In this document: piece after piece, positions 25,806 to 37,940 of the stretch
Layout: every line of letters starts with the position of its first letter
How positions within the stretch are numbered: the first letter of the stretch is position 1
Assembly: GCA_023213395.1 (NCBI GenBank)
Contig: CM041465.1
Span: 88,729,741-88,793,740 of the forward strand
DNA length: 64,000 bases
Origin: Cycas panzhihuaensis
Taxonomy: Eukaryota; Plantae; Cycadophyta
Direction of reading: 5' to 3'
Translations under genes and position numbers: made by a program
Notes under the pieces: generated by a model
The model's input: the letters and a program-made list of their open reading frames with translations, nothing else
Database searches by the model: none
Told to the model about the DNA's origin: nothing

Positions 25806-28665
25806 TTAAGTCGAATGCCGAGGCCGTTTCTGAAATGTTCGAACTTCTCTTCCCAAGTGGTGAAAATGTCGATGTCGATTGGTCGGCTGAAATATCCCAG
25901 GAGATTGATCCAGATGTACCTCCTTTGTCGAATCACTGTTGACGCTGTGTACATTCATATGAGACGATGGCCACTTGCATTGTCCAACTGTTCGAGAAGA
26001 TGGCCACTTGCATTGTGCAGTTGTTCGAGAAGATGGCCACATTTTGTTTGTACATGCCTCCTCAAAAGTGGAAGGCTCAAAAGCAGTAAGCACTTCAGCC
26101 ATAAGTGCGTAATTGACAGTGGACGATGGCCTCAATTTGTATGGTCGTTTTTCTTCAACAATCTGTGAATCTGCAATAGTTTGCATGTACCATTTGGGTA
26201 GCTTCTTCGTCGATGTAACTTCATTGTCCTGTGATGGAGGTGATTGCTGAACCTCATAAGTAGAAGAAGGACACAATGAAGGAACTAAGGAAGATGAGGA
26301 GGAAGAAGAAGCGGTGTGCGGATGAAGTATAAGGTGTTGAGGAAGATGAATGCAGTTGTTCAAGAATGGCTTTGCCTTTGTCAAGGGAGAGAGTAGGAAT
26401 GCCGACATCAATCTCCCTATTGTCTTCGCAGCAAAGACAACGCCTCGTGAAGTATGCATCTTTTGGTAAGAGGATCAAATAAGCGATATGCTTTCGCTGT
26501 GAGCATATCCAATAAAGATGCATTTGAGACTTTTGTTGTCGAATTTCCTACGTTGCTCGTGAGGAATGTTCATATAGGCTGTGCATTCAAAAGTTCATAA
26601 GTGACTGACCGTTGGTTTCTGGCCAGTCCAGGCCTCTTCGGGTGTCATACCCGAAAGTGCGGTTGAGCCGCAATTTGACAGTACGCAGCAGATGCGATTC
26701 CGCCCAATATGATAATGAGAGACCTTTGGCATGGATCATAGCTTTTGCTCGTGACCAAGGTTACATTCATTCTTTCTGCTACACCATTACATTGTGGTGT
26801 GTAAGGGGCAGAAAATTGGCGTTTGATGCCATTTTGTATACAAAATTGATTAAAGTCCCGACGTACTCACCGCCATTATCTGCTCGTAGTATTTTGATCC
26901 GCATGCCTGATTCATTTTCAATCGCAAGTTTAAATTCCTTAAACTTGTTCAAAGCTTCTGACTTATGCTTTAGAAAGTAGACCCACACTGTATGTGAGAA
27001 ATCATCAATGAATGTCATGAAGAATGATGATCCTCCATGAGATTGAGTGGTCATGGGACCACAAATGTCAGAATGTACAAGCTGAAGTGGATGCTGTGCT
27101 CTCCAGGCATTACCTTTCACAAAAGGTTCTCGATGTTGCTTCCCCATAAGGCATGATTCGCAAAGGCAATTACCCCAAAAATTTTGGGTAAGCCATAAAC
27201 CAAATTATTTCCGAACATCTCTTTGATGCTGTCAAGATTCAGATGTCCAAGTCTTTCATGCCATAGTTGAGTCTTATTAACAGAATGGGAGACGTATGCA
27301 TGAGAAGATCCAGATGTTGTGCCTAATTTGTAGAGGCCACGATCTTCATGACCAACTGCAACAATCTGGTCGTCTTTGTTCCTGATGATACACTTTCTGT
27401 CTTTGAATAGCACACTCATCCGCCGCTTATCAAGCCGATCGAGAAAGTAAGTTTTAGGCATTCCAGAACTAGGAAAACATTTCCATTAAGGAATGCGAAT
27501 GCTCATGAAGAGGTGTAACTTGTCATACACGATATTTTGTGATGGCATTGTCCCCAAATGTCACTGCTTTCTCCTGACATTCTTGAAAATTTGATAATAT
27601 GTTTGCATCACTGTCATGTGACGTGATGCACCGTAATCAATGATCCAAGTATTATCATTATGCAAAAAAAGTCATGTCATTTGGATCATGTTGTGCTGTG
27701 TGGCCTTGAAAGCCACCACAATTTGTCCTTCATTGTCGACCACCTCGGAATGCACCTCGAGTTGGTCCTTGTTGCTGCTGACGTTGTTGATGTTGCTGCT
27801 GTTACTGATGCTGATTCTGTTGTCACGACGTAAAATTATATTGACGTTGAATTTGTTCTCATTGTGGTTGTTGCAAGTCATGTTGACGTTTCTGCGGTCG
27901 GTGAATGTGGCCAACTTTGCCATAATAATGACAGACAACAGTCTTAGATTTAATGTTAAGACTGTCGAATTTTCTTAGAAAATTCTGCTTGGGCTAGAAT
28001 TGCTGCTTGGGTTTATACTTCGCGGAGAAAGCACCAGATGTGCTTGCTTCATCTTGCCGCGAATAAATTTCTTCTTCTTGTAGCAGTAAACGTTCTAACT
28101 CATTGAAAGTTAGAATCGACAAAGTTCCATTTCGAGAAATGTCAAAAATAAAACTATTGTATTTTTTAGGCAAAGCATGAATTGTTGCGATAACTGTGTC
28201 TTCGCTTTGTGGTTTGCCAAGTGTTGTCGATTGATTCTCGATATCCTTAATTGAAGATAAGTAGGCTGCCATTGGAGCAACATATTTCAAACTGAATAAT
28301 TTTGCTTTATACATAACAATCTGCACATCATCTTTTTGTTCATACAATGAAATGATTATGTCCCAAGCAATTTTTGAAGTTGAAGCAGATTCAATACCGA
28401 TCAACATTATCACTAACTGACAGATGAATAAAGGCAAGTGCAACCTCATCTTTAGCTTTGAAAGAAGCTAATGCAACAGATCTCTTTGGAATCAAATTTT
28501 GAGGATTAATCTGGATCAAGAGTGGGTTTTAGTTTGGCGATTTCGCCTCATTACATAACCCCACAATTCATTCATGATCAACAAGTTTTTGCTTACTTCT
28601 TCCAAGTGAGATAATTTTCAGACCGTCAATTTAATGGTGTTTGCATTTACCATCCGAGCCGCCAT
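25806..28665 (-). pseudogene. C2 gag-protease-integrase plus terminal RNase H remnant
   Basis: AWDIIISLY, WIIDYGASRHMT, LWHERLGHLN, LVHSDICGPM..FIDDFS..LRADNGGEY, EPSTFEEAC, then ..GREKFEHFRNGLGI (RNase H end). Confidence 0.9.
25961..26041. repeat. 33-bp tandem repeat (~2.5 copies) at the C2 RT-deletion junction
   Basis: gatggccacttgcattgt..gttcgagaa units, translating as KWPSSRT repeats on the minus strand. Confidence 0.85.
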
Positions 28666-30792
28666 TTTGTGTGCATTACTGGATGAAACTTGGAAAACCG
28701 TTAAGTTGACGCCACTTAAGTTCCACTCAATATCCAACAAGAAATCAAGACGAGACGAAAAATTTCGGACGGAATGGAGGGCTTGGCTAAGTTTGTCCAA
28801 CCCGATAGCTAGATCAAGATTGGCCAAGTTATCGGCACTTTGAGACAGAGTATGAACTCTTTTCGAGCCTCCCCACTTAAGTGTTTTAATGAATAAAAGT
28901 GGGTTGATTTTAGTGCTGAACAACGTGTGCTTGAAGGCCTTGATTGTTGCTGAAAAACTTTATCAAAAAGCTCCAAGTTACAATATAGTTGCACCGATTA
29001 TCAAGTGATGCAACTAAGTTCAAATAACAATCTCATAAAGAGATAAATAGCAACAAAAATACCACGATTTAATGCCTTCAATCAAGCCAATAATGAAGCA
29101 AGTCCATGAAGAACACCTGGGATCAAAAAAATGATCCCTACGCACCAAAAGTTTGCAACTTTTTATTGATCTTTGTCCCTTTTTGATGATGTTGATTCTC
29201 ACTAAAATGGGTCACCTTGAGCCCAGTGAGAAAAAAAACCTTTAAATGGTACAATTTAAGGCTTAAAAACAAGCCAAAAATGATGGTGTTTTAATCACCA
29301 AATTATACTTAGGAGACTTGTACAAAAAAGTGTGATTAACATGCTTTGAAAGTCTTTAAAAATGGTCACCTTTTAACTCAAAATTAATGACATAAGTTAC
29401 TAAGAACCTCAATGCCATTAAAAATTGAGTAAATTTACAACGAAACATAATAAAATCACTTTAGAGTAGTGATTTTAGATTCAAAATGGAAATTGCAAAT
29501 TTTTATGTGTGAGTGTGATTTACACTAAACAAAATATAAAGAGTTCATTTACAATGGAGAAATGATAATGTTTTAACTAAACTTTGGTAAATTAAAGTTT
29601 AAAAGGATAATGTAAAAAGGAATATGCTTCAAATATATTCCAAATCATATGATATATAGTTTAAAAACTATATACATGAATCGAAATTAGAAAAGGCCTA
29701 TGGAATCGAATACCATTTGTGGTCGTGGTTTGAGCTTACCAGGTGCGTCGCCGTGTTTGTTTATTCAAAGTCAGGCGCCGCCGGTCTTGAAGCTGGAGCC
29801 TTGGAGACTTAGCCGCTGATCCGTGGAGAGCCGGGAGCAGTTGGAGTAGCAAGGCCCGTGGTATCGTAGCCGACGGAATAGAACGGTCGTGGAACACGGA
29901 CATCACACTGTGTCGGCTAGAGCTACGGAGGAGACGGAGATCGACACAGCCGCATGGTGGACGAAGGAGCCACAGGTCCGAGTGCTGTAGATCCGGTCAG
30001 AACGAGAGCCGCCATGAGCCGAAAACGGAGCCACGCACAGGGTGCAGAAATAGAAGGAGTTGTATGGTATCTCCACGGAGCTGCACACAAGGCCGTTCGA
30101 AAGGTGCCACGTAGGCGGATGGTGAGAGCCACACAGAGCACGTATCGTGTAGAAGCAGTAGGGAAGTCGCCAAGTTAAGGGAGCCGCACAAAAAAACAAT
30201 ATGAGGAACTAATAGGAGAGAGTCAATTGATCATAATCACCAACCACTTGATCAATTTTCTTCCTTGTCTCAATGCGTAATAGAGAGGAGCTAAATAAAG
30301 AGAACTTTGTTGGAGAAAAAAATTTCTTTCTTCTGCAATAAAGTTGTTAAAAAAAATTTTTCATAGACTCTTGTATCAACGAGATGTTCTCCTTCTCATA
30401 GAGACCCTTCCACAAAATAATCATCATATTAACATTCAAAAGCAACTCATGCACTGGGATTAACCATTGATGCAAGAATTGCAACACAACTTTGATCTTA
30501 TGTAAGAACACAAGAAAATTAGCTTTTAATCACCTGCAACTTTTAGTATCACCAACCCTTTTTATGGCCACAAAATTAGTCCTCCAAAAGTGCAAATATG
30601 CAACACTTTGCATCAAAGATTCTTAAAAAAATTTGCAAGACAAAAAGTGTGAACAAAGTCCTTGAGATTAAACCTCAAAAATTGCTCCTTGCTCCAATGG
30701 ATCGCCTTCATATGGCGAAGGTCGTTACCAAATTTGGAGAAATTCGAAGCCACCAATCCGCTCCTCAAGATGCCTCCGCTCTGATACCAAAT

Positions 30793-31324
30793 TGAAAGAC
30801 GAGATGGAGATAATACAGGAGCCAGAATCTATTGAGAAGTGGAGAGGACATCGAAATATGAAGGACAATACACTAGATTAAAGAAATGATGTAGTACAAC
30901 ATAAAAGATGATAGGGAGGAGTATTGCACCTCAACTCAACCTATCTCAACATACAAGCATGAAGGAGAATTCCTCTCAACACTTCAACTACAAGAGACAC
31001 TTACAAGATAACCCTTACTCAAAATACTACATACCAAAACATGAGAATAGGGCTCCTTATAAAGGAGTATGGATGATCGGGATCTCAACATATGTCCTCG
31101 ATCAAGACTAAGAGCCAAATCTGATTAGGACTCTTCTATCTCCAAGGATAAGGATAGAGTCCACAAAAGTTGACTTCTCACAAGCACATGTGAGAAAAGT
31201 CACTACAAGACAAAAGACAATTTTATAATCCAACAAATGAACACTTTAGGATAAAGGGCCTAAAGTGACAAAAATATTAATACACAAGGTCAAGACTTAA
31301 TGCTTAGGAATGAAGGTTCTAACA
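30793..31324 (-). repeat. 5' LTR of C2
   Basis: Direct repeat of 25248-25783, next to the PBS. Confidence 0.95.
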
Positions 31325-31423
31325 GTAAGAACATGGAAGAGTAGAAATGCCATAATGGAAGCATGAAACATCAATTTTCAAGAAATTCAGAAATGTGGAA
31401 ACATCAAACAAGGGTTTTCAAAA

Positions 31424-31427
31424 TGTG

Positions 31428-31477
<50 letters not shown>
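31424..31477. repeat. Compound microsatellite (TG)n(TA)n
   Basis: Seen directly. Confidence 0.95.
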
Positions 31478-31478
<1 letters not shown>

Positions 31479-32013
31479 TGTTAAATCATGGATCTAAAAA
31501 TCAAAAATAAACATGCATTATAAAACACACAATGTGAAATTCTATCATTAAATTTATTATTTTTCCAATGTTTTATATATTATTTTAATACCTTGTAGTT
31601 AGAGCATGTAGTGAGCGAGGACCCACATACCATGTAGGGCCCATTTGAGGAAAAATTTTGATCTTAAATGCAACTAAAGACATATTTTCCAATAGGAAAT
31701 GCTTAGGAAATATTTACGAGAATCGAAAATGGCCCGAAACATTTCGGAAGGTTTCACCAAAGTTTCCATAGTGTTTTCAAGTTGCAACGCGTTTTGGAAA
31801 TGTGGAACTATCAAGGAAAATGCAGCGATAACATTAATTTTGAGAAAACACCAACATAATTCAGAAAAAAAGCTTCGTAGAAACAGTTGAGATAAGGCAT
31901 AAAAACACACTACAACTCACAAAAAAATAAAAAGAGAAATCACACTAAATGGGTGTTATACTCTTTCACTGTCACGAACCTAATTACAATTAAGTATTAT
32001 TTAATATTTAGAA

Positions 32014-32225
32014 TGTTAAAATATTAATGTTTTATCCTAAGTCTTGTACCATAGTGATCTTTATGTAAATTGAGGGTTATGTGTCATTGTCCCTCTTTTA
32101 TCTTCAAGTGACACTTGTCACACGTACTGGATTTGTTATGTAAATCATTTGTATATAAGAGAGACCATTTCTCTCTCATGAATCAATGAAAATCATTCAT
32201 TTTTTTCTTAATAGAGTTTTCAACA
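32014..32225 (+). repeat. 5' LTR of C3 (212 bp)
   Basis: Direct repeat of 52317-52529 (~88% by eye). Confidence 0.9.
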
Positions 32226-32921
32226 TGGCATCAAAGTAGGTCTAATAGAAAGTTAGATTAAAGCTAGACTGAGGTATCAAACACTATTTGCTTGAAAAAT
32301 TGAGCAAGGAGCAAGGTGATAAAGATTTGAAGAAAAAATAACACAATCTGAAGAAAGGGCGAAGTTGTACAGAACCATATGAATGTATAGGCTGTCTGAT
32401 CAAAAAATTGAAGTACTTGGAATTGCACAAAATTTTACCAGTAGAGATATCTCAAGGAGTAAAGTCTGTTGTCCCAAAAAAGCATTTGCAAATTCTGCTT
32501 TAATAAGCAAAAACACAAAAAATCCTATGTGTGGGTTTGAGTTTTCTCCAACAAATTTCTTCCATTTTTTTCATTTCAGATAAAGTAAATGAACTTAAAA
32601 TCTTCCTTACATTATAAGAGCTTTCTATCAAGTGTAAGTTTGCAAGAGTTCACTGGAGATTTTTCAAGTTATGAGCAAAAGAGTGATTTAAATCCTAGTT
32701 GCCCCTCTTCTTTTCAAGTGATTTTTCTCTTAATCCAGAATTTTTTTCTCAAATCTGACTTCAAATTCCTATAGATGAAGTTAAAACCTTTCTTTTGAAG
32801 GGGCTTTTCTCGGGTTTCGTACACTTATACATTTTCTATGCATCCAAATACAGCCATACTGATTTGGCCTGTGATACCACTTAAAATCTCATCTATAATT
32901 TCTGCTCTAGTTTATTGAAAA

Positions 32922-35900
32922 ATGGCTTCAATCTACTCTTTGGGTGAGTCAGATAAGCTAACAGGCCAAAATTATGCTACTTGGAAAATTAAAATAAAAA
33001 GGCTTTTAATTGCAAAAATGCATGGGACATTATTCTTGAAAAAGAAAAGAAGCCATCGATTGGAGATATTGCAAAATTGTTAGTTGGGAAGAAAGAGGCA
33101 AGCATTAGCCATAATTACTGCATACATAAATGATTCTATCTTGACACATATTAGTAAATCTACCTCCTCAATTAAAGCTTAGAAAGCCCTTGCATCATTG
33201 TACACCCAGAAGAATGAGGCCCATATAATTACTTTGGGAGAACGGCTATATTAGCTTCACTTATGGGAGGGTGAACAAGTTGCAAATTTCATCACAAAAT
33301 TGGTAGAAATCAAAGACAATCTTGCCTCTACAGGTGAATCAATATCAAATATTGAAATTGTTTGCTTAATAAATTATCAAAATCTTTTGGCAATCTGGTA
33401 AATACACTTCTTGTTAGAGGACAAGCGGAAACATGTCATTTGATACTTTATGTGGACATCTTCAACAAGAAGAGAGGATTTAAAGGTATGAGGAGGAAAT
33501 AGAACTTGAAGAAGATTTTGTCTCAAGGCTATGAATTGGTGAACAAGGAAGAGGTACAAGAAGATCAACAGACATAAGAACCGACAGAAGAAGATTCATC
33601 AGAGGAAGGATAGGACTAGGCACAGGAAGGTCAATAGACACCCAAGTATGTTATCATTATGAAGATCAGTCATATTATTGCAGTGTACAACAGTAAAAAG
33701 TTGTCCTTGTTATTATTATGGCAAATATGGGCACCTCTTAAGTAATTGCTTTTATAAAAGAGTTGAAATTTTAAAAGGAAAGCGTATTGAAGGAAATTAC
33801 AATAATGAATAGCCCAAGGATGAAGATAAAGGAGAAACCGCCTTTGTTGCTACCTTAGTCTCATGTGCTCGTTGTAGTGAAGATTGGTTCATTGACTCTG
33901 GAGCATCAAATCACATGACTGGGAGAGAAGACTGGTTTGAAACTCTACTTCCATACCCAGCAAACAAAACTGTTGAGCTTGGTGATGACTATTCTCTAAA
34001 GATTAAAGGCAAAGGAACCATAGCAATTAAAATCAAGCAAGATGTCAAGAAGAATGACAATGTTCTGTTTGTTCCAAGTTCGAATAAAAATCTTATTTTT
34101 GTATCACAATTAAGAAACAAGAAACTTAGAGTAATATTCCATGAAGATGGAAAATGTTATGTTCATGATATGAAAAAAGGGGGTGAGATCATTGTTGAAA
34201 GGATAGAAACTAGTAACCCTTATAAATTAGTTTCTACTTCTATTGTCTCTTCTATAAAAACTTTTGTTGTCTCTTCCATAAAACCTTTTGTTGTTCAAAA
34301 CAATAATAATGAAATCTGACATTCTCACTATGGACATATTGCAGATGATAGGTTAAAAATGCTCAAAAGTCTTGCTATGGTTAATAAATTGCTTACTAAC
34401 TTTACAATAAACTCCTCTGTGTGCAAAAGTTGCATGTTAGGCACGCAACACATAACGCCATTGCAAGAAAGTAACTAGAGAATAAAAGAAAAATTAGAAT
34501 TCGTTCATAGTGATATATGGACCAATCACACCAAACTCTATCAATAGTGTCAAGTATTTTCTCACATTCATAGATGATTTCACCGGAAAAGCTTAGGTAT
34601 TTTAATCTTTAATAAACTAGAAGCTCTTGATTGCTTCAACGAATTTAAAGCTCAAGTTGAACTGGAAAGTGGACACAAGATCAAAATGCTTAGAACAAAT
34701 GGAGGTGGAGAATATGTTTCAAATGAATTTTCAAAATTTTGTAAAATGCATGGCATTTGCAGACAAATCTCTACTCCATATACTCCACAATCAAATGAAA
34801 TAGATAAAAGATTGAATAGGACTATAGAGAGATGGCGTGATGCATGATAAAAGAAAGCGATGTCTCAAATATATATTGGATTGAAGCGATTAATATCATT
34901 GTTTATCTAATAAACAAAAGCCCCACAAGAGTGTTTGACAAAATTACTCGGAAGAAGCATGGATGGGCAAGAAACTAGATGTAAGTCATCTAAGAACTTT
35001 TAGAAACATTGCTTATGTGTGCATATTCCAACTCAAAAAGAACAAAATTAGATGACAAGAGCATTGAATGCATTATGGTCGGGTATAGTACCAAGTCAAG
35101 AGCCTATCATTGTATAGATGTGAAAACAAAAAAATTCTATGCAAACAGAGATGTAACCTTTGATGAAGGTATTTCAATCAGTAAAGATACTACATGTTCT
35201 CAAGAAGGCATAATATTAGAAGAAAATGTAGAATCTAGTAGCAATGACAATACAACTAAGGAAGAATCAACTCCTCAGGATCAAGAAAAACAAAATCTCA
35301 AGAAGAATCAAAAACATTATCTGAAACAGAAAGATAGAAGAATATCTTAGAAAGAAGATTACCTAAATAGTATCTAAAAACTGTAGAAGAATCAAAAGGA
35401 GATGTATTTGAGCACAGAACCAGGTCTCAAAAACATTGAGCATTGGCTTGTTTAGTCGAGCCTTGAAGTTTTGAAGAAGCTTATCAGAAAGCAGAATGAC
35501 AAGAAGCCATGGACAAAGAAATGGACTCCATAAATCAAAACAATACCTCAAAATTAGTTCCTTCACCTAAAGGTAAACCTATTGTAGGCTGCAAATGGGT
35601 GTATAGAATAAAAGAAAAGTCAAATGGAAATATTGAAAAATATAAGGCCCAACTTGTGACAAAAAGATATACTTAGATTATAAGCATTAATTATGAAAAA
35701 ACGTTTGCTCTTGTTTCAAAATTAATAACTATCCTTACAGTTATAGCTCTGGCAATTCAATATGGATGGAAAATTGTGCAACTAGATGTGAAAAGCACCT
35801 TCTTGAATGGTGACTTTAATGAATAAGTCTATATGAAACAACCACCAGGGTACAAAAAGAAAGGAGGAGAATATCTAGTCTGCAGATTAAAAAGGGCCTT

Positions 35901-36986
35901 GTATGGCCTAAAGCAAGCACCTCGAGCATAGTATGCAAAACCGGATCATCATCTTCAGAAGTAAGGCTTTAATAGATGTGAAGCTAATCCAAGTCTTTAT
36001 ATTAAAAAACAAAAAGACTTGATTATTATAATTGTGGTATATGTGGATGATTTAATTGTTATAGGCAATGACCAAGAAGCCATCAATTGGGTAAGAACGC
36101 GGATGGAAAGCAACTTTGAAATGATTAACATGGGTACACTTCATTATTATCTTGGCATAGAAATTAAGCAAGCAGAAAGTGGCATCTTTTTCTCACAATC
36201 TAAGTATGCCAAGAATTTTTCAAAATTCAATATGGAAGAATATAATCCATGTGCTACATCCATGGAAACAGGTTGTGTTTTAAATACTGATGAAGGCAAC
36301 CATCAAAAGGTAAATGAAACTCTCTTCAAACATCTTGTTGGAAGTCTCATTTACTGGATAGCCACCAGACCAAACATATCCTTTTCTGTTGGAGTCATTT
36401 CCAAGTTTATGCACAATCTAAAAATTGTTCACTGGAATACTACAAAATGAATTTTAAGATACATCAAAGGCACATTAGATCTTGGATTGCAATATACCGA
36501 AGTAGACAAAACAAGCTTAATTGGATTCACTGACTCTAACTAGGCAGGAAAACCTCAGGAAAGAAAGTCTACATCAGGCTACTGCTTCAATCTTGGAATA
36601 GTTGTAATATCATGGAGTAGCAAAGTAACCACTAGTAGCTTTGTCCTCAATGTAAGTAGAGTATAAAGCTACAATAAATGCAACTTGTGGAGCAATTTGG
36701 TTAAGACAACTCCTCAAGGATCTAAATCAAAATTGTCGAAGCAAGCGCAATTTACTATGATAACAGTGTTATCAAACTCACCAAAAATCTTGTCTTCCAT
36801 GCAAGGACCAAACACATGGAAGTTCATCATCACTTCATCAGAGAAAAGGTCCAGAATAAAGAGATAGACTTACAATATTGCAATAGTTATCAACAAGTTG
36901 TAAATATCTTCACAAAACCATTATCAAAAGATAAATTTCAGATTTCAAAGATCCGCTTGGGATGAAAATAAAGGATAAAACATTAA
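32922..36986 (+). pseudogene. C3 gag-pol (gag, protease, integrase, RT, RNase H), heavily disrupted
   Basis: KLTGQNYATWK, WFIDSGASNHMTG, FLTFIDDFT, KLDDKSIECIMVGY, VVYVDDLIV, HARTKHMEVHHHFIREKV. Confidence 0.92.
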
Positions 36987-37061
36987 GGAGGGTGTTAGAA
37001 TATTAATGTTTTATCCCTAGTCTTGTAGCATAGTGACCTTGATGTAAATTAAGGGTTATAT

Positions 37062-37246
37062 TGTTAGAGTGTAATGTTTTATCTAGGTACATAAAGGGGT
37101 AATGTTGGAACACGTTGACACTTGGCAGTGAAAGGTGGGTCAGTTACAATTCAGTTTGTAACAATCATCTATATGATGTATATTTAAAGGGAGACTGGAT
37201 CTCCATGTAAGGCAAGTCTTGTTCATCTCAATAAGCTTTGCTATCA
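37062..37246 (+). repeat. 5' LTR of C4 (185 bp)
   Basis: TG...CA followed by the Met-i PBS, partially repeated at 51704-51845. Confidence 0.9.
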
Positions 37247-37940
37247 TGGTATCAGAGCAGGTCACCCTGCCTGTTTGAGAGAGGGCTTTGTATTTGGTGA
37301 AGGCAATGCCAGAGTGAGACAACCACAAAAGTCAGCAAAGGGAAGCTGAAGAAGGTCAGATAAAGAGTCAAGCTGATAGAAGACCCGGATCCGAGACGCT
37401 CAAGGCATCATTCAGCCTGTGTACGGAACCATACGACTGTACGAACAAGAAAATCTCAGTGTCTCAGATTGAGAGAAAATTTCACCAACAAATAGATCTT
37501 GACATCCCCATCATTTCTCTCTTCAGGCTCGAAGTCATTTGAGCTCATCTAAAGGCGCTTCGAGAGCTTTACTTGTCCATACGGGTTTGGAGGTACTCTC
37601 ACGTTTTTCTCTTAAATTTTCTCAGATTTTTCAGTCAAATCTGTTGTAATATCTCCGTCTCAGTGCTCTAAAGGTTTTGTGACTGGTATTAAGAGATTTT
37701 GTGGAGAAATTTTGAAGATTCGAGCCATTTTGTGCAAAACCCTGGCCACACCTCTCTGTCTTTTGGGCCTGTTTTCTCACAGTTTATAGACTGTTTTGGA
37801 AATCAAACACCAGATCTGGACTCCTCTCGTCATCCTCTTTCTTTTGAGGTACATTTCATTTCATTCCGTACGGTCCCATTTTTGTACAGAAATCCGCAGT
37901 GTGGAACTAACAGCATCGGGTCCCGACCCTCTCAGATTTA

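Larger units (their letters stand above)
25248..31324 (-). mobile_element. Copia element C2, non-autonomous (RT and most of RNase H absent)
   Basis: TSD GTAAG at 25243-25247 and 31325-31329. LTRs 25248-25783 and 30793-31324 (~96-97% by eye), Met-i PBS 30778-30789, PPT 25784-25790. Confidence 0.95.

Noticed and set aside
31480-31964. gaaac/gtttcc-rich segment reminiscent of DNA transposon subterminal repeats
   Set aside because: No terminal inverted repeats or TSD identified
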